From: an uncultured Gemmatimonadales bacterium
Lineage (GTDB): Bacteria > Gemmatimonadota > Gemmatimonadetes > Longimicrobiales > Longimicrobiaceae
Length of the DNA stretch: 64,000 bases
Direction of reading: 5' to 3'
NCBI GenBank assembly: GCA_963716255.1
Contig: OY970303.1
Location: 5,952,001-6,016,000 of the forward strand
Shown: positions 19,221 through 28,968 of the stretch, one piece after another
Numbering within the stretch: position 1 is the stretch's first letter
Layout: the number at the start of each line of letters is the position of its first letter
Made by a program: the position numbers and the translations under genes
Notes under the pieces: generated by a model
Databases searched by the model: none
Told to the model about the DNA's origin: nothing
The model's input: the letters and a program-made list of their open reading frames with translations, nothing else

Positions 19221-19802
19221 CTAGCCGTCGACGGGGTTGGAGGCCACGTCCTCGCACGGGCCGTCCAGGCGCACGTCGTCCAGCCGCACCCACGCGTCCT
19301 GGCCGGGCGCCCAGAAGCCGCCGAAGACGTTGTAGGCGCCGGTCGCGGTGGGGCGGAAGGCGACGCGCAGCTCGCGGTAGCCGTGGACGGGCCCGTACTT
19401 GATCTCCCGCACGGGACGCTGGGCGGCGTCGCGGAAGCCGAAGTAGCCGTCGCGCACGTTGCCGGTCGTCTTCACGAAGGCCCGCAGGGTGTACAGGCGC
19501 CCGGCCGTGAGCTGGACGCGCTGGCGGATCGCGTTCCACCCCGTGGTGTTGCGCAGCAGGGCGTTGTTGTCGCCGGCGTGCCCGTTCCCCAGCCCCCGCT
19601 CGATCTCCGCCGTCCCCTCCTGCATCCAGGGCGAGCCCACCCGCGCCCGGGTCTGCGACTCGAAGGTCCCGTCGCGCGCCATGCTGGCGCACTGCGCCGC
19701 CGCGTGGCCGGCGGTCGCCGGGGCCGCGGCCAGCACCGCGGCGAGCAGCACCCCGCGCATGCGGAGTGCGGGGCTCGTTCTCTGGTTCTCCGTGGGGCGC
19801 AT
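19221..19802 (-). CDS. secreted carbohydrate-binding (CBM4/9-like) domain protein
   Basis: signal peptide; GTFES..W..., QRVQLTAGRLYTLRAFVK, VRLDDVRL. Confidence 0.6.
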   Translation of the reverse strand: MRPTENQRTSPALRMRGVLLAAVLAAAPATAGHAAAQCASMARDGTFESQTRARVGSPWMQEGTAEIERGLGNGHAGDNNALLRNTTGWNAIRQRVQLTAGRLYTLRAFVKTTGNVRDGYFGFRDAAQRPVREIKYGPVHGYRELRVAFRPTATGAYNVFGGFWAPGQDAWVRLDDVRLDGPCEDVASNPVDG

Positions 19803-20077
19803 CGCGTTCTCCCTCCGCAGGTGAGGAGCGTGGGACCCGGCGCTTCGGGGCGCGCCGGGCCGCCTCCGCACCGTGCCGGAGGGCCGGCGCACGGGCCGCA
19901 TCGATCGCGCCCCGGTCCAGGGCGCGCGGCCGAACCGGCCGGAACCGTTGCGCCGCAAGGGTTTCTGCGGAAACCGGGCGAGCCGCCGGAGGAGGGGAGG
20001 GCGCCGGGTGGGACGTGCGCGGGACAGCGGACCGGGTAGGCGGAGTCCCACACCTGCCCCGCGATCTCCCGTGGCGG

Positions 20078-22324
20078 TCACCGCGGCGCGCCGGAGGGAC
20101 GCCCGCGGGCGCGCCGGGCGTCCTGGTGGGCGAGCGCGCGCAGACGCGCCTCGTCCAGCCGGGCGAGGGCGGGCCGCACCGCGGCCGGCGATTCCGGCGG
20201 GGGGAGCAGGCGGGCGATGCGCGCCGCCAGCCGGGCCGGCTCCCCGCCGCCCGGTCCGCCGCCGGGGATGCGCACCACCACCACGTAGCGCGCCCGTTCG
20301 GCGCGGTCGAAGGCCAGCCCGGCGAACCAGCCGTCGTCGGCGGCGCCGTCCGCCGCGACCGTCCCCGTCTTGCCGCCGAGCTGCCACGGCGAGCCCGCCA
20401 TCTCCTCCCCGGCGCCGCGGGCGGTGCCCCGGCGCACGGCGTCCAGCATGGCGCCCTGCAGCCGCCACGCGGTCTCCCGGGCGAACAGGCGCGTCCCCTC
20501 GGGGGCCCGCGCCAGCGCGCCGTCCACCGTGGGGGCGACCCCCACGCCGTCGTTGCCGATGGCCTGGACGAAGCGTGCGACGTGGAGCGGGGTGACCCGC
20601 ACGTCCGCCGCGCCGGTGGCGAAGCCGGCCCAGGCGCCTCGCCCCCCGCCCTCGGCGAGCGCGACACGCACCGGGGCCGGGCTCATGCGCGCCCGGAAGG
20701 CGGGGGATCGCGTCGCCCAGAAGGTGGTGTCGCGGCCGTCCGGACCCGCGCCGTCCCGCGCCACGCCGAACCCGAGGCGGCGGACGCCGGCGAGCACCGC
20801 GTCCGCCCCCGCCGCGTCGCGCAGGCGCAGCGCCATCGCCGCGGCGGCGGTGCTGCACGAGTGCACCAGCATGTCGTGAGGCCCGGCGAGCACCGCCGGC
20901 ATCCCCCGTGGCGCGGTCACGGTGCGGCCGCCCACGTCCAGGCGGGCGGGGCACTCCAGCGGCCCTTCGCCCAGGCCGCGCTCCCACCACAGGGTGGCGA
21001 GCACCAGCTTCCACACGGAGCCGGGGAGGACGGGCTCGGTGAGGCCGCCCGCGCCGTCGCCCACGGCCGAGTACGCGAGCACGGCCCCCGACGTCACCTC
21101 CTGGACCACGGCCGCCGACCCGCGCGGGTAGCCGGCGAGCAGCGCGCCCACCTCCCTCTCCAGCGCGGGGCACACGGTGGAGCCCTCCGCCGGCCCGGGC
21201 ACCTCGCAGGACACCGAGGCAGCGGCCGCGTGCGCGGCGGCCGGCGTCCCGGGCGGCGCGCCGGCGGCCTGCGCCGCCAGGGCACCCGCGATCCCCAGCA
21301 CCAGCAGGGCGGCGCCCAGCCGGGGCGGGGAAGCGTGCCGCGGCGGGCCCGCGAGGCGGAGCACCCGCTCCAGCAGCGAGCCGCCGTCGGCCGCGACGGC
21401 GAGGAGCGCCGGGCCGCGCCGGATCTCCTCCATGGTCGCGAGCGCCGCGACGTACTCGCGGGTGCCCGCCAGCCCGGCGGCCAGGTCGTCGCAGCAGTGC
21501 TCGCGCTCGGCGCGGATCTGCCGGCCCACGTACCACACCGCGGGATGGTAGAAGAGCAGCGTTTCGCAGACGGCCTGGAGGAGGTTGACCAGGAAGTCGT
21601 GGCGCCGCACGTGGGCCAGCTCGTGGAGCACGAGCAGTTCCAGCTGCAGGGGGGTGAGGCCGGTCAGCGCGCTCACCGGGAGCAGGACGACGGGCCGGAT
21701 CCAGCCCACCACGGCGGGGACGCGCACCCGGGTGGAGGCGAGCGCCGCGACGGGCCGGCGGATCCCCAGCGCGCCCACGAGCCGCGCCACGGCATCGTGG
21801 ACCGCCTGCGGGGGCGCGCCGACGCCCACCCGGGTGAGCCGCCGCACGTACAGCCAGGCCGCGGCCAGGCGGAGCGACAGCGCTCCCACGCCCGCCAGCC
21901 ACGCGGCGACCAGCCAGGCCAGGTGGCGCTCCACCCCGCCGCGCGCCCGCGCGAGCGCGGCGCGGACCCCGTCCGCCGGGAGCCGGCGCGGCGAGACGTC
22001 CGCGAGCACCGCGGGCGCGGCGTCCATGGCGCCCCCGGTCCCCGCCGCGCTCGCGGGCGGCGGACGGTCCGCCGAGGCACGCGGGCCGGCCGCCGCCACG
22101 GGCTCCGCCCGCCGCAGCGCGCCGGCCGTGGTGGCGACGCCCGCCGCCAGCATCAGCACGAGCGCGGCACAGGCGAGCGCGTAGCGGTGCGCGGACGGCG
22201 CCGCGCGACCCAGGCGAAGCGCGATGCGCAGGGCGAGCCCCAGGAGCGCGCACTGCCAGAGCGAGTGGACGAGCGCCCAGCCGAGCGCCTGGAGGAGCGC
22301 GCCGCCCGCCGCCACGTCACCCAT
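20078..22324 (-). CDS. blaR1: BlaR1/MecR1-type sensor: M56 metallopeptidase fused to penicillin-binding domain
   Basis: ALVHSLWQ, HELAH, REHCCDD; C-terminal PGSVWK, SCS, GGKTGT. Confidence 0.85.
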   Translation of the reverse strand: MGDVAAGGALLQALGWALVHSLWQCALLGLALRIALRLGRAAPSAHRYALACAALVLMLAAGVATTAGALRRAEPVAAAGPRASADRPPPASAAGTGGAMDAAPAVLADVSPRRLPADGVRAALARARGGVERHLAWLVAAWLAGVGALSLRLAAAWLYVRRLTRVGVGAPPQAVHDAVARLVGALGIRRPVAALASTRVRVPAVVGWIRPVVLLPVSALTGLTPLQLELLVLHELAHVRRHDFLVNLLQAVCETLLFYHPAVWYVGRQIRAEREHCCDDLAAGLAGTREYVAALATMEEIRRGPALLAVAADGGSLLERVLRLAGPPRHASPPRLGAALLVLGIAGALAAQAAGAPPGTPAAAHAAAASVSCEVPGPAEGSTVCPALEREVGALLAGYPRGSAAVVQEVTSGAVLAYSAVGDGAGGLTEPVLPGSVWKLVLATLWWERGLGEGPLECPARLDVGGRTVTAPRGMPAVLAGPHDMLVHSCSTAAAAMALRLRDAAGADAVLAGVRRLGFGVARDGAGPDGRDTTFWATRSPAFRARMSPAPVRVALAEGGGRGAWAGFATGAADVRVTPLHVARFVQAIGNDGVGVAPTVDGALARAPEGTRLFARETAWRLQGAMLDAVRRGTARGAGEEMAGSPWQLGGKTGTVAADGAADDGWFAGLAFDRAERARYVVVVRIPGGGPGGGEPARLAARIARLLPPPESPAAVRPALARLDEARLRALAHQDARRARGRPSGAPR

Positions 22325-22712
22325 CGGCGTTCTCGCGGCGCTCCAGCTCGGCGAGGATGCCGCGGATGCGGTCCATCTCCTCGCGGCTGGCGGCCCGGGG
22401 CGCCAGCGCCTGCATCACCAGGCTGTGCGTCGATCCGCCGAAGGCGCGGTCCACCAGGTCCGCCACCAGCTGCCGCTGCGTCGCCTCGGGCGGCACGGCG
22501 GCGGCGTACACGTGCGTGCGGCTGCTCTCGTCGCGGATCACCAGCCCCTTGACGTGCATGATCTGGAGGAGCTTGAGGACGGTGGTGTAGCCCGTCTCGC
22601 TCGCGCTCCCCAGGTTCTCGAAGACCTCCCGGACGGTGCTGGGGCCCCGCTCCCACAGCACGCGGAGCAGGCGGAGCTCTCCTTCGGTGGGCAGCGGCGG
22701 CTTGCGCGGCAT
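22317..22712 (-). CDS. blaI: BlaI/MecI/CopY family repressor
   Basis: PTEGELRLLRVLWERGPSTVREV...YTTVLKLLQIMHVKGLV. Confidence 0.92.
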   Translation of the reverse strand: MPRKPPLPTEGELRLLRVLWERGPSTVREVFENLGSASETGYTTVLKLLQIMHVKGLVIRDESSRTHVYAAAVPPEATQRQLVADLVDRAFGGSTHSLVMQALAPRAASREEMDRIRGILAELERRENADG

Positions 22713-22772
22713 GGCGGGCGGTTCCGGTTGGCGGCGGAGCGGCGGCGGGCGCGACCCGCGGCACGCAGTATA

Positions 22773-22891
22773 TACGAAAGGGTTCGTGCGCGGAAGAGTG
22801 TTCGCAACCGGCCGTCGCAGCGATGCGGGAGAAGGCTGTCCGTTGACATTTACGAACGGCTTCGTAACTTGCATCTACGAACGAGTTCGTA
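22773..22891. promoter_or_regulatory. three palindromic operators TACGAA-N4-TTCGT(A/G) with TTGACA -35
   Basis: 22773-22788, 22851-22866, 22876-22891; TTGACA at 22843-22848. Confidence 0.8.
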
Positions 22892-22930
22892 ATGGTGGCC
22901 TCTCCCGTCTCCAGCCCGAGGAACCCTCGC

Positions 22931-23710
22931 ATGGCCCGACACGCCCCCCTGCTTCTCGCCGCGCTCGCCCTGGCGGGCTGCGCCCCCCGCGCCACCGGGG
23001 CTCCGGCCGCCGAGGTGCGCCTTGCCGACGACGTGTCGGTCCGCCGGATCGCCCCGGGGCTCTGGGTCCACACCACGGTCGGGGAGGTCGGCGGGAGCGC
23101 GGTGCCGGCCAACGGCATGCTGCTGGAGACGGAGGGCGGGAGCCTGCTGGTGGACACCGGGTGGGACGAGCGGCAGGGCCGGGTGCTGATGGACTGGGCC
23201 GCGCGCACGCTCGGGCGGCCGGTGCGGCGCGCCGTGGTCACCCACTCGCACCGGGACCGCACGGGCGGGGCGGCGGCGCTGCGGCGGGCGGGCATTCCCG
23301 TGTCGGGACTCGCGGCCACGGCGCGCCTGGCGGGCGCGGACGCGGGAATCGGCGCCATCGCCGGCCTGGAGTCGGCGCCCGCGGCGGTGGAAGGGGCGGA
23401 GGTGTTCTTTCCCGGCGCCGGCCACACGCCGGACAACGTGGTCGTGTACTTTCCGCGGCAGCGGGTGCTCTTCGGCGGGTGCCTGGTGAAGGCGGACACC
23501 GCGACCACCGTGGGCAACGTGGCGGACGCGGACGTCCCCGGGTGGCCGGGCGCCCTGGCGCGCGTGCGCGACCGCTACCCGGCCATGGCGAGGGTGGTGC
23601 CGGGGCACGGCGCGGTGAGCGGGCCCGGCGCGCTGCGCGTCACCGAGGCGGTGGTCCGCGAGAAGGGGCCCGCCGCGCTAGAAGCGCTCCGGCGGGGGAC
23701 CCGGCGGTGA
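22931..23710 (+). CDS. subclass B1 metallo-beta-lactamase, predicted lipoprotein
   Basis: LVDTGW, THSHRDRTGG, GAGHTPDN, FGGCLVK, VPGHG; lipobox LAGC. Confidence 0.88.
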   Translation: MARHAPLLLAALALAGCAPRATGAPAAEVRLADDVSVRRIAPGLWVHTTVGEVGGSAVPANGMLLETEGGSLLVDTGWDERQGRVLMDWAARTLGRPVRRAVVTHSHRDRTGGAAALRRAGIPVSGLAATARLAGADAGIGAIAGLESAPAAVEGAEVFFPGAGHTPDNVVVYFPRQRVLFGGCLVKADTATTVGNVADADVPGWPGALARVRDRYPAMARVVPGHGAVSGPGALRVTEAVVREKGPAALEALRRGTRR

Positions 23711-24897
23711 GCGCCGGTCGCGCGCTCGCGCGGCGGGCGCGGACAGCGGCCGGGGCGGCGGCGCTGGCGCTGCTCGCCCGGCCGTGCGGCGCTCCGGCGC
23801 AGGCGCTCCCGCCGCTCGCCGGGCTGGACATCGCCGATTCGCTGGCCGCCGCCGAGTTCGCCAGGGACAGCGTCGGGAGCCTCACGGTGGGGGTGGTGGA
23901 CCGCGGCGCGCTGGTGTGGACGCGCAGCTTCGGCTGGGCGGACATGGAGTCGCGCCGCCCGGCGGGGCGGGGCACCGTCTACCGCGTGGGGTCGGTCACC
24001 AAGCCGTTCACGGCGGTGATGCTCCTCCAGCTCGCGGAGGCGGGGCGGGTGCGCCTCGCGGACCCGGTGGAGCGCTGGTACCCGGAGATCCGCACGGTCC
24101 CCGGCCTCCCGCCCGGCGCGGCGCCGCCGACCCTGCTCCAGCTCGCCACCATGAGCTCCGGGCTCGCGGCCGAGCCGGCGCAGCCCGGGCCGTTCTGGAG
24201 CGGCCCCGTGGCCGGCTGGGAAGCCGTGCTCGCGGCGGCGCTCCCGCGCGTCCGCTACGAGTCGGCCCCCGGCACCGTCTTCTCCTACTCCAACGTGGGC
24301 TACGCCGTGCTGGGCGCCGCCCTGGGCCGCGCCGCGGGTCGGCCGTACACCCGCTGGCAGCGGGAGCGCATCCTGGAGCCGCTGGGGATGCGCCGCTCCG
24401 GCTTCGAGCCGGACGCCGGGATGCTGCGCGACCTGGCGCGCGGCTACGTGGTGGAGCGCGACGGCACCCGCGACTCGCTGACCTCGGTGGCGGAGCTGCG
24501 GGACGGGCGCGGCTACAAGGTGCCCACCGGCGGGCTCTTCACCACGGTGGACGACCTGGCGCGCTTCGTCGCCTTCGAGCTGGGCCACGGGCCCGCCGCG
24601 GTCCTCCGCCCGGCCCGCCTGGACAGCGCCTTCGGCGGCATCGTCGCGAGCTCGCGCGGGCTGCGCTCCGGGTACGGGCTGGGGTTCATGGTCCGGCGGC
24701 GCGGCGACTTCACCTGGGTGGGGCACGAGGGCGGCGTGGCCGGCTACATGGCCGCCATGTACTTCGACCGGCGCAGCGGCATCGGCGTCGTCGCCCTGCA
24801 GAGCGCCATCGGGGGCGAGGCGGACGCCATCGAGCTCGCCTCGGTCGTGCTGGAGCGGCTGGTGGCGGCCCGGCAGGCGGCGAATCCCGTCCGGTGA
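23707..24897 (+). CDS. serine hydrolase, beta-lactamase/class C-like family
   Basis: GSVTK, YSN, GHEGG; GTGA overlap with the MBL stop. Confidence 0.85.
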   Translation: MSAGRALARRARTAAGAAALALLARPCGAPAQALPPLAGLDIADSLAAAEFARDSVGSLTVGVVDRGALVWTRSFGWADMESRRPAGRGTVYRVGSVTKPFTAVMLLQLAEAGRVRLADPVERWYPEIRTVPGLPPGAAPPTLLQLATMSSGLAAEPAQPGPFWSGPVAGWEAVLAAALPRVRYESAPGTVFSYSNVGYAVLGAALGRAAGRPYTRWQRERILEPLGMRRSGFEPDAGMLRDLARGYVVERDGTRDSLTSVAELRDGRGYKVPTGGLFTTVDDLARFVAFELGHGPAAVLRPARLDSAFGGIVASSRGLRSGYGLGFMVRRRGDFTWVGHEGGVAGYMAAMYFDRRSGIGVVALQSAIGGEADAIELASVVLERLVAARQAANPVR

Positions 24898-24914
24898 GTC
24901 CCGGACCCCCACGC

Positions 24915-26024
24915 ATGGCTCGTCCCGCGGGAAGGCTCGCCGCGCTTCTCTCCGTGCTCGCCGTCGGCGCCTGTGCCGCCGCCGCGGCGCCCCGGCACCC
25001 CGCCCTCGCGGGCTTCGACCCCGCGGCCGCGCGCCCCTTCAGCGGCGTCGCCGTGGTCGCGGAGGGGGACGACATCGTCTACTCGCACGCGTCCGGCTTC
25101 GCGGACCGGGAGCGGTCGGTGCCGCTCACGGCGGCGAGCCGCTTCGTGGTGGGGTCCGTCGCCAAGCAGGTGACCGCCGCCCTGGTCCTGCTGCAGGTGG
25201 AGCGGGGGACCCTCGACCTGGACGCCCCCGCCGCCGGCTACCTGCCGCCGGGCGGCGCGCCCCTCGCCCCGGCGGTGAAGGTGCGGCACCTGCTCGCCCA
25301 CACCTCGGGGATCGTGGCGCGCGACCGGCCCCCGGCCACCGTCCCGGGGAGCACGTTCGCGTACTCCAACCTGGGCTACGACCTGCTGGGCGAGATCGTG
25401 GAGCGGGTCACGGGGGAGACGTTCGGTGCGGCCGCGGCGCGCCTGTTCCGCGCGTGCGGGATGTCACGGACGGCGGTCTTCGGAAAGGCGGGCGACCCGG
25501 GGCCGGTGGCGGGCTTCGAGGAGGACGCGGACGGGCGGCTGCTCCCCGTCGAACCAGCGGCCGAGTGGGAGCACGGGCCGTCGGCGGGGATCGTATCCAC
25601 GGCGGGCGACCTGGTCCGCTGGAACCTGTGCCTGCACGGCGGGCGGGTGCTGTCGCCGGCCGGCTACGCGGCCATGACCGCCGCGTCGGCGGCGCGCCCG
25701 CACCGCTGGGGGACGCTCGGCTACGGCTTCGGGCTCCAGCTGTCCTCGGAGGACGGCATCGTGGAGCTGAGCCACGGCGGCTACGTCCCCGGCTTCGTCG
25801 CGACGCTGGCGTACTATCCCGCCTCGGGCAGCACGCTGGTGGTGCTGGAGAACGTCTCGTGGCGCGCCGACGACATGGCCCGCGCCTTCGCGCCGCACGA
25901 CGCGCTGCGGGAGGTCGTCAGGGCCGGGCTGCGCGGGTCGCGGCCGGCGGAGATGCGCCGGGGAGCTGGGGCGCACGTGCCCCAGCGCGTGTGGCAGACC
26001 AGCGACAAAGGCGGCTATCCGTGA
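24915..26024 (+). CDS. serine hydrolase, beta-lactamase family, predicted lipoprotein
   Basis: GSVAK, LLAHTSG, YSN, HGG; VGAC lipobox. Confidence 0.85.
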   Translation: MARPAGRLAALLSVLAVGACAAAAAPRHPALAGFDPAAARPFSGVAVVAEGDDIVYSHASGFADRERSVPLTAASRFVVGSVAKQVTAALVLLQVERGTLDLDAPAAGYLPPGGAPLAPAVKVRHLLAHTSGIVARDRPPATVPGSTFAYSNLGYDLLGEIVERVTGETFGAAAARLFRACGMSRTAVFGKAGDPGPVAGFEEDADGRLLPVEPAAEWEHGPSAGIVSTAGDLVRWNLCLHGGRVLSPAGYAAMTAASAARPHRWGTLGYGFGLQLSSEDGIVELSHGGYVPGFVATLAYYPASGSTLVVLENVSWRADDMARAFAPHDALREVVRAGLRGSRPAEMRRGAGAHVPQRVWQTSDKGGYP

Positions 26025-26081
26025 TGACGTCAGCTCCACGGAAAAGTAAAAGCCAAAATCACTTGCAAATAGATGTTTCTT

Positions 26082-26098
26082 CCGGCGTGCAAGTTGCT
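26082..26098 (+). promoter_or_regulatory. putative sigma-54 promoter
   Basis: CCGGCGTGCAAGTTGCT (GG-N10-GC) after an AT-rich tract. Confidence 0.5.
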
Positions 26099-26172
26099 TG
26101 ACTCCGAATGACGCACTCCGCGCGATCCTCAAGTTCCTTGCACTCTGTCCCATCTCACCCGAGAGAAACTCC

Positions 26173-26859
26173 ATGCGCATCTTCACCCGGGCCGCAGCTG
26201 CCCTCGTCGTGCTCGCGCTCGCTCCACGCATCCTGGCGGCACAGACCACCATCTCGACGGAAAGCCTCGCGAACCGGAGCATCGGGGTCGGCGCGGACAA
26301 CGGAGGGGGCTTCGGGCAGACCTTCCGCACGCCCGATGCGACGGACGTGTACCTGCAAAGCTTCCGGGTCGCCTTCGAGACCAGCTCCCGGACCTGGTTT
26401 CGCGCTTACCTGATGGAGTGGGATTCTGCCAGCAGACAACCCGTGGGTCCGGTGCTGTACGAGAGCCCGGAGGCTGCAACCACCGACGGGGTATCCTTCC
26501 CGGTCGACTACATCGGCTTCGATCTGGGCGGCGTACAGCTTTCGAGCGAGGCCCGGTACCTGTTCTTCGTCAGCATGGGCCCGACGGTGTTCTACCAGAC
26601 GGCGTTCACCTCACCGGTGGACGTGTATGCGGACGGCACCATGGTGATCCGGAGTCCGTTGGACGGCAGCTGGTTCGTGAATTCAGGATGGGACGCCGGC
26701 TTCTCGGCCACGTTCGCACCGGCTGCGACGGTCACGCCTGAGCCGCTGAGCATGGCTCTGCTCGGGACCGGCCTCGCCGGGGTGGGCGCGGCGGCCCGGC
26801 GGAGGCGGCGCAGGGAAGGGGAGCCCGTGGAGGATCCGGCCGGCGACGCGGGAGCGTAG
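26173..26859 (+). CDS. PEP-CTERM sorting domain protein
   Basis: signal peptide; C-terminal TPEP-LSMALLGTGLAGVGAAA-RRRRRR. Confidence 0.9.
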   Translation: MRIFTRAAAALVVLALAPRILAAQTTISTESLANRSIGVGADNGGGFGQTFRTPDATDVYLQSFRVAFETSSRTWFRAYLMEWDSASRQPVGPVLYESPEAATTDGVSFPVDYIGFDLGGVQLSSEARYLFFVSMGPTVFYQTAFTSPVDVYADGTMVIRSPLDGSWFVNSGWDAGFSATFAPAATVTPEPLSMALLGTGLAGVGAAARRRRRREGEPVEDPAGDAGA

Positions 26860-26922
26860 GGGCCGGGCGGTCCCGTCCGACCCGGTCGGCGGGGCGCCGC
26901 ACGGCTCCCGTACCGATCGGCA

Positions 26923-26954
26923 GACGAGGGCCCCGGGATCCCGGGGCCCTCGTC
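26923..26954. terminator. perfect palindrome between convergent genes
   Basis: GACGAGGGCCCCGGGATCCCGGGGCCCTCGTC. Confidence 0.6.
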
Positions 26955-26989
26955 CGTGTCGTCTCCCGCAGGGTGGGAAGCGGCGGGCC

Positions 26990-27634
26990 TCACTCCCACT
27001 CCCCACCCTCGCCGAAGGTCTCGTCCATCACCTCCCGGATCGCGTCCCCCCCGAACCCCCGCCGCGCCAGGAAGCCGTAGAAGCGGTTCCGCGCCTTGTT
27101 GCGGTCCTCGCCGGGCTTCCGAGACCACTTGGCCGCCGCCTCGCGCGCCAGCTCCGTTTCCGACACCTCCGCGTCCTCGAAGACCCCGCGGATCGCCTCG
27201 TGCGCCGTGTCCGCGTCCACCCCTTTCGTGCGCAGCTCCTGCGCGAGCCGGCGCACGCCGCGCGGCTTGAAGCGCACCCGGTCGCGCACGAAGGTCGCGG
27301 CGAAGGCCGCGTCGTCCACCATCCCGTTTCCCTCCAGTCCGCTCAGGCACTCTTCCACCACTTCCTCCGGGAACTCCTTTTCCCGCAGCCGGCGGCGCAA
27401 TTCCTGGGCGCTCCGCGGACGGAAGGAAAGGAGCACCAGCGCCGCCTCGCGCGCCTTCCAGAGCCGGTCCTGCCGCTCCAGGTCGGCCAGCTGCGCCTCC
27501 GTCACCTCGTCGCCCACGTGCAGGTGCGCGCCCCAGGCGATCTCCGCGCCCAGCGCCAGGCGGAAGGCGCCGTCCACGTGCACGCTCACGCGGTCGGGGT
27601 GGTGCTTCTGCGGCTCGATGGCGGTGATCTTCAT
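26990..27634 (-). CDS. recX: regulatory protein RecX
   Basis: MKITAIEPQK, LLSFRPRSAQELRRRL, DDAAFA, FLARRGF. Confidence 0.9.
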   Translation of the reverse strand: MKITAIEPQKHHPDRVSVHVDGAFRLALGAEIAWGAHLHVGDEVTEAQLADLERQDRLWKAREAALVLLSFRPRSAQELRRRLREKEFPEEVVEECLSGLEGNGMVDDAAFAATFVRDRVRFKPRGVRRLAQELRTKGVDADTAHEAIRGVFEDAEVSETELAREAAAKWSRKPGEDRNKARNRFYGFLARRGFGGDAIREVMDETFGEGGEWE

Positions 27635-27792
27635 GAGCTCCGGAATGGTCGCGGCGGACACGGAAAAACGGGCTTCCTCCATACCCCGCGGGCACCACCG
27701 GCGTGCCCCGGCGCAGCCTTGTCGGGCGGGGAGGGGCGCGTTATCCTACGCGCACCCAACCCGATCCGAACACGCACCGAGGCCGAGCCGTG

Positions 27793-28968
27793 ATGGGCCA
27801 TTCCGCCATGCTCGCCGCACCCGGTCTCGCGGAGCTCCGTGCCCGCGAGTTCCCCTCGCTCGCCGGGGCCGCGTACCTCAACGCCGCCTCCGTCACGCCC
27901 ACGCCCGAGCGGACGCGGCGCGTGCTGGACGCCATGAACCGCCGGCGGGCGCACATCACCGAGTGGGCGGACGACGACTTCACCGCGCCGCTGGACGCCG
28001 CGCGCGCCGCCGCCGCGCGGCTGGTGGGCGCCGGGGAGGACGAGATCGCGCTGGGGTGGAACACCAGCTTCGGCATCAACCTGGCCGCGCAGTGCCTCCC
28101 CATCCCGCCGGGCTCCACGGTGGTGGTGAGCGACCGCGAGTTCCCCGCCAACGTGTACCCGTGGATGGGGCCCGGCTGCCCCGGGCGGCTGGAAACCGTC
28201 CCCGCCCACGCCGCGGGCCGCCCCGACGAGGACCGCCTGCTGGAGCGGCTGGACCGCGGCAACGTGTCCGTGCTTTCCGTCTCCGCCGTGCAGTTCGCCA
28301 CCGGCTGGCGCGCCGACCTCCCCCGGCTGGGGCGCTTCTGCCGCGAGCGGGGGATCTTCTTCGTGGTGGACGCCATCCAGGCGCTGGGGCAGCTCCCGCT
28401 GGACGTGCGCGAGGCGCACGTGGACGTGCTCGCCACCGGCGCGCAGAAGTGGCTGTGCGGCCCCTTCGGCACCGGCTTCGCCTACGTGCGGCGCGAGCTG
28501 CTGCCGCGCATGCAGCCCAGCGTGGTGGGGTGGACCTCGCTGCGGGCCTCCGCCGACTTCGGAAACCTGCTGGACTACCGCTACGACTTCGTGGAGAGCG
28601 CCCGCAAGTTCGAGGTGGCGACCCCCGCCTTCCACGACTTCGCCGGGATGGCCGCCTCGCTGGAGGTGCTGCTGGAGGCCGGCGTCGAGAGTGTCCGGGC
28701 GCACGTGGACGGACTGCTCGACCCGCTGGCCGCGTGGCTGGCCGGGCACCCCGAGTACGAAGTGGTCAGCGACCGGTCCGCCGCGCGGCGCTCCGCCATC
28801 TTCTGCTTCCGCCCGCCGCGGCCGGAGGCCACGTTCGCGGCGCTCGCGGCGGCCGGCGTGGTGTGCGTGCTGCGCGAGGGCGCCCTGCGGCTCTCCCCGC
28901 ACCTGTACAACGCCGCGGACGACCTGGCGCGCGTGCTGGAGGTGCTGGACGGCGAGGTGGCGCGGTGA
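27793..28968 (+). CDS. PLP-dependent class V aminotransferase
   Basis: YLNAAS, VDAIQALG, GAQKWLCGPFG, RLSPHLYN. Confidence 0.9.
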   Translation: MGHSAMLAAPGLAELRAREFPSLAGAAYLNAASVTPTPERTRRVLDAMNRRRAHITEWADDDFTAPLDAARAAAARLVGAGEDEIALGWNTSFGINLAAQCLPIPPGSTVVVSDREFPANVYPWMGPGCPGRLETVPAHAAGRPDEDRLLERLDRGNVSVLSVSAVQFATGWRADLPRLGRFCRERGIFFVVDAIQALGQLPLDVREAHVDVLATGAQKWLCGPFGTGFAYVRRELLPRMQPSVVGWTSLRASADFGNLLDYRYDFVESARKFEVATPAFHDFAGMAASLEVLLEAGVESVRAHVDGLLDPLAAWLAGHPEYEVVSDRSAARRSAIFCFRPPRPEATFAALAAAGVVCVLREGALRLSPHLYNAADDLARVLEVLDGEVAR

